A stretch of DNA of 64,000 nt from Candidatus Pacearchaeota archaeon (GTDB lineage Archaea > Nanobdellota > Nanobdellia > UBA10117 > JAFCGA01). Made by a program: the position numbers and the translations under genes. Each line of letters starts with the position of its first letter. Position 1 is the first letter of the stretch. The notes under the pieces are model-generated. The model worked only from the letters and a program-made list of their open reading frames with translations. It had not been told where the DNA came from and made no database searches. Of this stretch, positions 12,001-24,000 are shown one piece after another. Location of the stretch: assembly GCA_017608345.1 (NCBI GenBank), contig JAFCGA010000004.1, positions 57-64,056 of the forward strand, written 5' to 3'.

Positions 12001-15000
12001 CGTTCAAGTATCAAAGCTTTTCAGTAGCTGCGTGGGTTAAGGTGGGGAAGAGTACTACTTATCCTTCGATTTTCTCTGTTGCAAATACAAATATGTATTG
12101 TGGTTACGCAGTAGGTTTCATCGGTCCTGAGAATCGCATACAGTTCATAACCGTAGAAAACAACGGCGGTGTGCGAGATAAAACCAATTCGAGCGCGGTT
12201 AATTTAGATCAATGGTATCACGTAGCCGCAATCAGAAACGGGACTACTGGCATGAAATTATACATTAATGGGACTGAAGTTGATGAGGACACTGCGCTAG
12301 GAACTATCTTATATGCTGGCTGCATCGGAGGCGATACATTTTATCCATTCATAGGCAGAGTAGGTACTGCTGCGAATCAAAGATACTTCAATGGTTCTAT
12401 TGATGATTTACGAGTGTATGAATACGCCTTATCCGCTGCGCAAATAGAAGCTTTATACTTAAACAAAACCAACACAATAGTTTCTCAAGAAACCAATGTC
12501 GGTGAGAACTACACCTGTGAAGTCACTCCTAATGATGCTACAACAGATGGAACTTTGCTAAACTCTTCGACTTTGATAATTTACAATGCTCCGCCAGTAA
12601 CAATCGATGCTAATGTATCTCCGCTAACTGTAACGACCGCTATTGATTTGATGGGTTATTGCAATGGAACTGATGTTGATAACGCTACAATTAATTATTA
12701 TTACAGATGGTACAAGGATGGAGCTTTAGATCTGAGTGGCTACAACGGTGCTGGCTTTACACAAGGAGTAGAGGTTAATGTTCATAATCTCTCGGCGGGA
12801 AATACTTCAAAAGGACAGAACTGGACTTTCTCTTGCTTGGCTAACGATGGCCTTTCTAACGCTACTTCGTGGCAGAATGGTTCTGTAGTGATTGCTAATG
12901 CAGCTCCAACTCACTCAGTTCCGTGGTTGGGAGCGCATGTTCCTTATGCAACTTCGGTAGCTTTAGATGATGGTATCGTTGGTTACTGGCAGTTTGAGTA
13001 TGATAATGGAACTCATACGATGGATGAGACTGGAAACTACAACGGAACACTATATGGACCTGCATTTAACGAAAGTGGAAGGGTCGGTAAAGCGTACACT
13101 TTCTTAGAACCGAATTACATAGATGCCGGAACTAGTTCTAAGCTAAGACCAAATACAATTACAGGAATGGCTTGGATAAAGACGAGTGATGCTACAGCAA
13201 CAATATTCTCTAAATTCCCAACAGCTGCGGGAACAAATGGATATATGCTCACATTAGGATCCCAAGGAAATTTAACTGTTAGAATTGGCGGATTAGCTGA
13301 ACTGCAAGTAATAGGATTAACCTTAGTAAATGATAGCAAATGGCATTTAGTAGCGTTCACAAGAGATTCTTCAAATGATATTTCGCTGTATGTTGATGGC
13401 GCACTAGACAAGACCGGCAACATAGCAACTGCATTCAATACGGATGTGTCCTTCAAGATTGGTAAATATATCTGGACTGGCACGGATTATTGGGAGTTCA
13501 ACGGCTCAATAGATGAAGTAACCATCTGGAACCGCTCCTTATCAGCAGCAGAGATCTCCGAGATATACAACAAATCCAGAGGAACTTTCAATACGTATAC
13601 TAACGAAGACATTTCTTGCGCGGTTAATACTTCGTCTGACTCAGATGGGGATAATCTAACTTATATTTACAATTGGTATAAGGATGATGAGCCTTTGATG
13701 GCTCTGTATATGCCTTTTGATCATGATAATTCTGGCGGAGTCAATACGACTAAGGATTATTCTGGCTTTGGAAATAATGGGCAGTTGGGAGCTGCTGCAG
13801 ATGGAGATGGGGCCGAGCCAGTTTGGAACTCAACAGGGTTTATTGGGGGAGCTTATGAGTTTGATGGGGATGATGATTATATCGATATAGGCAATGTTTA
13901 TGATGCAGATCAATCTGCGATTACTTGGGCTTTATGGTTCAAAGCAGATATTACAATTAATGATAATGGAATACTGGGGCGAGGTGGCGCAGTTAGTTAT
14001 CCGAGTATCAAAGTTCAAAACAATAAAATCTATTCGGGCATTAGAATCGGTGGTGTTAATTACAATAATTGGACATCATTTACGGATACGACAAATTGGC
14101 ATCACGTAGCGATGACTTATGATGATGCAGATGATATTGTAAGACATTACCTTGATGGAATAGAGACGAATATAACACCTACTGCTGGCGGTGTTGCAGA
14201 GATGAATTTTGATTTATACATCGGAAGATATCATAGCGCTCCTTTTGTATTCAACGGCTCAATAGATGATGTAAGGCTCTACAACTACTCTCTTTCAGCA
14301 AATCAAATCAAAGCTCTCTACCTCAACAAAACCAACACAATCGTCTCCGAAGAGACTTCAGTAGGTGAGAACTACACTTGTGAAGTCACACCGAACGATG
14401 CCACAGTAGATGGAACCTTGCTAAACTCGTCCACATTAATAATCTACAATGCTCCACCAATAACAATTGATGCTAACGTATCTCCGCTAACTGTAACGAC
14501 TGCTATTGATTTGCAAGGCTATTGCAATGGAACCGACGTGGACAATTCTACAATTAACTATTATTACAGATGGTACAAAGACGGAGCTTTGGATCTAAGT
14601 GGCTACAATGGTGCTGGCTTTACGCAAGGTGTTGAGGTAAATGTGCATAATTTATCAGCTGGAAATACTTCAAAAGGTCAGAATTGGACTTTCTCTTGTC
14701 TAGCTAATGATGGCCTTTCTAATGCTACTTCGTGGAAGAATGGTTCTGTGGTGATCTCTAACGCAGCTCCGACTCATTCAGTTCCGTGGTTGGGAGCGCA
14801 TGTTCCATTCGGAACTTCGGTAGCTTTGGATGATGGGCTCGTTGGTTACTGGCAGTTTGAGTATGATAATGGAACTCATACGATGGATGAGACTGGAATT
14901 AACAATGGCTCGCTTAACGGACCGATTCTTAATGAGAGTGGGAGAGTTGGTAAGGCTTATTCGTTTGATGGGGTTAATGATTATATTAATGCAGGAGCTA

Positions 15001-18000
15001 ATCTAAATAACATTCTAAATAAGAAAGAATGGTCAATCTCCCTATGGTTAAATACAATAGATGATAATGGGTTCTACTTAACTAATAGAGAATCAAACAA
15101 CAATGATGAAGTGAGATTTGCTAATGCATTTGCTTCTGCAAACATTACTATAACTTACGATGATGATACAGTGGGTGCAGTCAATGTTGTTTCATCAGTA
15201 AGTGGGAATGACAGCATCTGGCATCATGCAGTTGCTACTATTAATTCAACTACATTAAGCTTATACGTAGACGGTACATTATCTGACACGGGGGATGTTT
15301 CGGGCTCTGGAAATCTGAACCTAGATGACATAACCGTAATCGGTGCAAGAAAAGACACTGGAGGTTGGTACGCTGCAGGCCATAGTAGTTATCTTAATGG
15401 CTCAATAGATGAAGTCACCATTTGGAACCGCTCTTTATCAGCAACAGAAATCTCCGAAATCTACAACAAGTCCAGAGGAACTTTCAATACCTACTCTAAT
15501 GAAGATATCTCTTGCGCTGTCAATACTTCGTCTGACTCAGATGGGGATAATCTAACTTATATTTACAACTGGTATAAGGATTATGAGCCTTTGATGGTTG
15601 GTTACTGGTCGTTTGATACTCAATTTGATGCAACAGATAATTCAACTGCTGGCGTAACGGATTATTCTGGAAATAATAATGATGGTCGCTTGGGTAATTC
15701 AACTGCTGGGACTCAGCCGACTTGGAATGCTAATGGATATATTAGTGGGGCTTATGAGTTTGATGAGATAGATGATCATATTGTAACGGATAATGAAGCA
15801 AACTTTGATTTTGAGAGGACGGATCCATTCACTGTAGAGTGTTGGTTCAAGACGGATACAAGTGCAAGCAATGTTATTTTGGGAAAAATGGATGCAACTT
15901 CGCCTTTTCCCGGATATCAAGTCATAATCCGCAACGCGGATAATTGGCTTATGTTATACATAATCTCAGGAGCAGGTGGAGCAGGCGACAGAATTGTAGT
16001 CGAAGGAAACACAGTTGTAACTGACAATGCTTGGCATCATATGGTTGCCACATATGCTGGAAATGAGGACGCTTCTGGAGCTCTGATATATGTAGATGGA
16101 GCACTAGAAACAATGAACACAGTAACCAACGGCTTAACTGGTTCAATTTTGAATAATATACCTTTCCAAATTAGCGGAAAGGATGGGGCTGTTGATTTGT
16201 ATAAAGGTGCAATAGACGAAGTCCGTGTCTACAAATACACCCTATCCGCAGCTCAAGTCCAAGCGCTCTATCTCAACAAAACCAACACAATAGTCTCAGA
16301 AGAAACTTCTAAGGGAGAAAATTACACTTGCGAAGTCACGCCAAATGATGCTACAACCGACGGAACCTTACTAAACTCGTCTACGTTGATTATTTACAGC
16401 GCTGCACCTACTCATGCGAATCCAATCTTAAACGCTACTTCAATTAATAATTACACAACCGATAATTTGACTTGCTATAATCAATCGACAGCAGATATTG
16501 ATGGGGATTATCCAGTAAATGTATTCTCGTGGTACAAGAATGATGTTTTGAACGCTACAACTGTGTTCTTGAATGCTAGCACTGTGTTGTATATGCCTTT
16601 TGATGAAAATATTACTGGGAATTTACAGACAGTGAGAGATTATGCTTCTAATAATGATGGTGTCTTGGGTAATGTAACTGCTGGGACTGATCCGACTTGG
16701 AATGCTAGTGGGAAAGTTGGTGGAGCTTATACGTTCGACGGAGTTGATGATTATATCAATGTTGGAGATAATACTAACTTCGAATTTGCTGCGAATAGTG
16801 CTTTTGCATTATCTACTTGGATCAAAGCTAATTCAGCAGTAGTTCAAGAAAGCAGAATTATATCTAAGAGATATAATGTTGTTGGAGGAAATTCCCAATA
16901 TATGCTCAATGTCAATAGTACTGGTGCGATTAGATTCTGGTTATATGATGGTGCGGATAATTATGCAAAATATCCAAATGCAATAACTTTCGGTCAATGG
17001 CATCATGTCTTAGCACAAAGAAAGACCGATGGAACGATGGAAGTTTATGTTGATGGAGTAATTGGGAGCGTAACGGATTCTACAACTGCTACAGCGGGCG
17101 TAAACGACGGAAATCTTACGGTTGGCACTGATGAAAGGACTGCAAATCGTGAGTTCAACGGCTCAATAGACGAAGTACAAATATACAACAGAACTCTTTC
17201 AGCAGACGAGATCTCTCAATTATATCTCGGAGGCAGAGACGGTGGCAACATAAGAGATTCTTCTTCAACTGCAACGGGAGAAAATTATACTTGTGAAGTT
17301 CAGCCATTAGATTATGAAGATTGGGGAATTGCTAAGAATTCAACAAATCTAACTATTCAAAACACAGCTCCAGTAACAATCGATGCAAACGTATCTCCGT
17401 TCTCTCCGAATGCTAGTGTAGAGCTATTAGGTTACTGTAATTCATCCGATGAGGACAACGATACGATTAATTTCTACTATCAATGGTACCGCGATGGCGT
17501 CTTTAACTTAAGTGGATACAATGGCGGAGCTTTCACACAAGGTGTTGAGGTAAATGTGCATAATCTTTCAGCAGGAAACACTTCAAAAGGACAGAACTGG
17601 ACCTTTTCGTGCTTGGCTAACGATGGAGTTCTGAATGCTACCTCTTGGCAGAATGGTTCTGTGGTAATTCAGAGTACAGCTCCTACTCATGCTAATCCGA
17701 TCTTAAATGCAACTTCAATTAATAATTATACAACTGACAATTTGACTTGTTATAATCAAAGTACTGCAGATATAGATTCAGACTATGTTGTCAATAAGTA
17801 CAGTTGGTATAAAAATGATGTTTTGAACGCTACGACTGTCTTCTTGAATGCTAGCACTGTGTTGTATATGCCTTTTGAGCCGAACTTTACTGCTTCGGAT
17901 AATTCAACAGCAGGAGTTTTAGATTATGCTGGAAGTAATAATGGTCGCTTAGGTAATTCTACTGCTGGGACTCAGCCGAATTGGACTAGTGAAGGGAAAG

Positions 18001-21000
18001 TTGGGGGAGCTTATGAATTCGATGGTGTTGATGATTATATTAATTTAGATACTCATGTTAATAGTTTTGAAGGTTGGAATATTGGAGCAATTTCTGTTTG
18101 GTTTAAGGTAACTTCTGCATCTGCATGTTTATATTCCATTTCAAATAAAGCTGATACTAATGATATTATGGATTTTACTGTTGGCGTTTCAACTGGAAGT
18201 TATGGTGATGAAAGTATTCGTTTTTCTCATGTTCCAAATGGAGCAGAAACTCTTGGAATGTTTGTTAGAAATGGGCATACAGCATATACTGATGGAAATT
18301 GGCATCACGCAGTATTAACAATTGGTGGGGCAGGTAATGCAATCTATATAGATGGAGTTAGTCAAGCGATAACTTATAGAGCGGGTAATGCTGGAACAAA
18401 TGAGTTTTCTGATTTGTTTGCTGCTGACACAGTAGGCATTGGGCGTTACGCAGCAGGAGGGGTTACAAATTTTGAGATTAATGGCACAATAGATGAAGTC
18501 CAAATCTACAACCGCGCATTATCAGCAGCAGAAGTCCACCAGCTCTACCTCGGAGGAAGAGACGGTGGCAACATAAGAAATTCCTCATCAACAGCTAAAG
18601 ATGAGAGCTACATTTGTGAAGTTCAGCCATTAGATTATGAAGACCAAGGACTAGCGAAGAATTCAACTGCATTGACGGTTCTAAATACTGTGCCTACTCA
18701 GACTCAGCCGATCTTAAATGCTACTTCGGTAAATAATTATACAACTGATAATTTGACTTGTTACAACCAATCAACAGCTGATGATGATTTAGATGCGGTG
18801 ACTAATATTTATAATTGGTATAAGAATGATGCTCCGATTATGATGCTAAATATGCCTTTTGATCATGATGATTCTGGTGGAGTTAACACAACTAAAGATT
18901 ATTCAGGAAGAAACAATCATGGACAGTTAGGAACCTCAGCAGATTCAGATTCTGCTGAACCTACGTGGGATACATCTGGGAAAGTTGGAGGAACTTACAA
19001 TTTCGACGGGAGTAATGACTATATACGAATCAGCGACAGCTCTTCACTAGATCAAACAAGCGCATTTAGTATAGAAACTTGGGTAGACATAAATGGAACT
19101 GCTAAGGATAATACTATAAAATCAATAGCTAGCAAAGGAAATCTCGACAAGGAAGCTGCAGGTTATAATTTATACTGGAATGATGTATATAGTGAGAACT
19201 TCTTGAATTTCTCATGTAATGGATGGACAGCAGCACAGCCACCTACAACTTCCTACATGAAGAATTGCACGAACTTTTGGAAAGGATATGCGGAGGATAC
19301 TTACTCTGCAGTTGATAATTGTAATACTTGTACACTAAATAATAACCCGGAAGGCGCCACAGACGGTGCGTACATTGCAACAACTAATGCCGACTTGGGA
19401 CCAGTATGGATCTACAAGTCCTTCCCAACTACTCCTGGCGAAAATTTCACAGTTGATATTCGTTATAGAATAACTAAAAAAACTACTGGCGGAGGTCCGA
19501 TGAATGGCGGACTATATGTTTGGGAAGGAACAGTAGTTCCTTGTAGCGGTAATAGGCAGACTGGATCTTGTGAAGATCCGAATGGAAACACAACAGATGC
19601 AATAGCATCAGATCATACTACTTGCGATCTCGCAGGATGGTGTGCTTGGCAGGATTACACCACCACGAATATTACAAACGCGTCAACGTTTACAGTTGGG
19701 ATGTATACTTGGGATTCCTGGAACATTTGGGCAGTTTACTTAGATGTAGACTATGTAAACGTCTCAACGCTTAGTAAACGTGTGAGTTTCATGCTCGGTG
19801 ACGCAAGTAATAATATGAGCACAATATTTGCATCTAACGTGTCCGACGGTTGGAGACATATTGTTGGTACGTATGATGGCGGAACTCAGAGCTTATATGT
19901 TGATGGTGTGTTAAACACAAGCACGAGTTTTACCAATCTAATTGGTACAAATAACTTAGATTTAATCATCGGTTCCGAGCCGAATAATAATATATATCAT
20001 TATGAGGGTAAGATAGATGAAGTTCGTATATATAATCGTTCTCTATCTGCTGCTCAAGTCTATCAACGTTACTTAGAAGGCAACAACTCAATCTCAACTT
20101 CAACAATCGTTTCCGACGATACTACTGCTGGCGAAGTCTGGAACTGCTCTGTAACACCAAATGACGGCGAAGCTGACGGAACAACTCTAACTTCATTAAA
20201 TCTAACTATTCAAAACACCGCTCCAGTAACAATCGATGCAAACGTATCTCCGTTCTCACCGAATGCTAGCGTTGAGCTATTAGGTTATTGTAACTCATCA
20301 GATGAAGATAATGATACGATTAACTTCTATTACAAATGGTTCCGAGATGGCGTCTTTAACTTGAGTGGCTACAACGGCGGAGCATTTACACAAAGAGTAG
20401 AGGTAAATGTTCATAATTTATCAGCTGGAAACACTTCAAAGGGTCAGAATTGGACCTTTTCTTGTCTAGCGAATGATGGAATTCTAAATGCTAGCTCTTG
20501 GCAAAATGGATCTGTGGTGATTCAGAGTACAGCTCCTACGCATTTGAACCCTATTTTGAACTCAACATCCGTTAATAATTACACAACGGATAATTTGACT
20601 TGCTATAATCAAAGTACTGCGGATATAGATTTCGATCATGTGGTTAATAAATACGCTTGGTACAAGAATGGTGTTTTGAACGCCACAACTGTGTTCTTGA
20701 ATGCTAGCACCGTGTTGTATATGCCTTTCGAGCCGAACTTTACAGCTTCGGATAATTCAACTGCTGGCGTTTTGGATTACGCTGGAACTAATAATGGTCG
20801 CTTGGGTAATTCAACTGCTGGGACTCAGCCGAATTGGACTTTAGATGGGAAAGTGGGTGGAGCTTATGTGTTTGATGGTATTAATGACCGTATTCAAATT
20901 GCTGATAGTGCATCTCTAGATGCAATTAAAGATATTACAGTTGAAGCGTGGATTAATAGTAATGATATTACTTTACAACAAACGATAGTTGGTTTTATTG

Positions 21001-24000
21001 ATAATGTCGTATCGAAAGGACCACAGTTAATGATTAGGGCGGATGGTGGAATAATATGGGCTGTACAGAATGGAGTAGGTGCCTATCGTAGATGTTATAC
21101 CGCAATAGGTTTACTCGAAGCTAATAAGTGGTATCATATCGCTGGAACTTTTGATGATACTTCAAAGGCTCGTGCAATATATATCAACGGAGAGTCAATA
21201 GCTTTTGAGGGCGATGATCTTAATTTGGGTGTGATGGCACACGGAGATATAAGGGCGATCGGCGCTAGTTCAGTTCCCAACCCCCTCTATAATTTCAATG
21301 GATCCATAGATGAAGTCCAGATCTACAACAGAACACTTTCAGCAACAGAAATCCACCAGCTATATCTCGGAGGAAGAGACGGTGGAAACATTAGAAACTC
21401 TTCCTCAACAGCTAAGGACGAGAACTACATCTGCGAAGTTCAGCCAATGGACTATGAAGATATGGGGACTGCGAAGAATTCAACTGCATTGACAGTTCTA
21501 AATACGGTGCCTACTCAGACAGCTCCGATTCTGAATGCAACTTCAATATACAATTACACAACGGATAATTTGACTTGTTATAATCAAAGTACGTCAGATG
21601 TAGATGGAGATAGTTTAACTAATATTTATAATTGGTACAAGAATGAACAGCCGCTCATGCGATTCAATCTGCCGTTTGATCACGATGACTCAGCAGGAGC
21701 TGGAAAAACAAAAGATTACTCCGGTTCTGGAAATGATGGTCAGCTAGGCGCAGCAGCAGATGGAGATGGGGCAGAGCCGATATTCAATTCTACCGGAGCA
21801 ATTGGAGGCGCTTACGAGTTTGATGGTACAAATGATTATATCGAACTTCCAGCTACAGCAAAAGTAACTGGTGAGTTTACAATCAGTGTTTGGTTCAAGT
21901 TAGATCAAGAAATAACCGACGAGCCATCAGCCCCGGCTTTGTTTGGAGGTGCTGCAATGCGGGGGCCAGCCGAAAAAGGTGGTGCCTCATTGGCTTTCCT
22001 TATGACTACTGGAAAACTTTATTTTGATACCTATAACACCACTACTCGGGCTGCCAGCATTTCTACAACAGCAGTTTGGGGAACAACAGATTGGTATCAT
22101 GTTGTTGCAACGAGAAATTCCACTACACAAGAATTGTGGATAAATGGAATTAGAGAAGATTCCGGCGATACGGTAAAAGGTAGTTTAAGTTGGGCAGCAG
22201 GTTGGGGAGCAGCCAAAATCGGATATGCAAGTTATATATACTTTAATGGAACCATTGATGAATTTAAAATATATGATCATTCTTTAACAGCAGAACAGAT
22301 AAAAACTCTTTTTTCAAATAAAACTGATATTATCGTCTCAGACGAAACAACAGCTGGAGAAAACTGGACCTGCGAAGTTACGCCAAATGATGCTACATCC
22401 GACGGAACAACGCTAAACAGCACTACAAACATAACAATAATAGCTGCTCCAATAACTTTATACTCAAATATTACGCCAGCAGCTCCAAATGTATCTGCAG
22501 ATCTAGAAGGATTCTGTAATGGAACCACCGCTACAAATGTAAACTATTATTACAGCTGGTATAAAGATGGTGTCTTAAATATAAGCGATTACGACGGCGG
22601 AGCTTACGCTTCAAACGCAGAAATAAACATACATAACTTAACAGCAGGAAACACCTCTTACAATGAGAACTGGACTTTCTCTTGCTTAGCAAATGATGGT
22701 GTAATTAACGCTACGTCATGGCAGAATTATTCAGTAATTATCTCAGACGTGACTGAGCCAGTTGTAACATTCAACGCTCCAATAGATGGAGAAAACGTCT
22801 CAGGTTCAATAATAATCAACGCGACTATCACAAACGGCGCTTCAGGAGTAAACGCATCCAGAGTCTATTATTGGCTAGAAAATGCTACAGGAAACCAAAC
22901 AAAATGGACTAGCATGAGCAACATTACAGTGGATCTATTCAACACTTCATTTAACATAAATTCAATAGCGGACGGTTATTACAACATAACTATAAACGCT
23001 TCAGACAATGCAGGAAATATTAACGCAAGTGAAAAAGTGCAGATACAAATAGACAACACTCAGCCATCAATTATAGTAACCGCGCCAATAAATAATTCCA
23101 TACTAACTTCAGCAATACTAAACATCACCGGAACAGCCTCAGATGCAAATCCAGACAACGTCACTGCAAATAATGCTATCTTCGGCCAGAACTTAAACAC
23201 ATACACGAATTGGAATTTCTCAAACATCTCAATGGATGACGGGATTTACACAGCAATAATCACTGCAAATGATACTCTCGGAAACTCAAATTCAACTAGC
23301 GTCACGTTTACAATAGATACAACTCCACCAGCAGTTAACATAACTAATCCTTCAGATGGCGATACTGTTAGCGAAGTAATAACTATAAACAGCACAATTA
23401 CAGACGCAACGAGCGGGGTAAACGCTTCAAGAGTTTACTATTGGCTATCGAATGAAACAGGAAACCAGACTGCTTGGACATCAATGACTAACACAAGTAG
23501 CGTATTTAGTGCAAGTTTCGATACTACAACGCTGGGAATCGGAGCATATAATATAACAATTAATGCTACAGATATAGCTAACTTAGAGAACTCAACAGAA
23601 TATATCCAAATAACTATCACTGCAGATAATATCGGACCGTCAGTAACCTTAGAATCGCCGACAGATAGAACTATAACTTCGACCAGGACAATAACGTTCC
23701 TATACAGCGTAAATGATGTAGGATCAGATATTAGCAACTGCTCGATATGGACTAATCTCAACGGTACTTGGCTATTAAATGCAACTAATTCTACGCCAAT
23801 AGTTGAATCAACTTCTGGGCAAGAATTCACGATTGATAGCTTGCCGTACACTACTTTCTTATGGAATATACAGTGCTATGATACCGCACCTACACCAAAT
23901 TCCAGATTCGCAACTAATAATTACACCTTGACTATTGCTCTGTCTAGCGCGGGAGGCGAAGACGGAGTAAATGTCGGTGCAGGCGGTAGCAGGACAATAG

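Larger units (their letters stand above)
1800..16400 (+). repeat. Seven ~1.9-kb tandem two-LamG units with near-identical linker DNA and divergent LamG cores
   Basis: The block 'PP(I/V)TIDANVSPLTVTT...GQNWTFSCLA...PWLGAHVP...GYWQFEYDNGTHT' recurs near 1800, 3690, 6840, 8780, 10690, 12590 and 14450. Unit 2 is ~1.2 kb longer because of the intein. Confidence 0.85.

Noticed and set aside
2025-23851. Other short antisense or off-frame ORFs within the giant gene (e.g. 13115..13483, 23438..23851)
   Set aside because: No recognisable motifs, operon coupling or promoter, unlike the three genes in the intein; they look like shadow ORFs.
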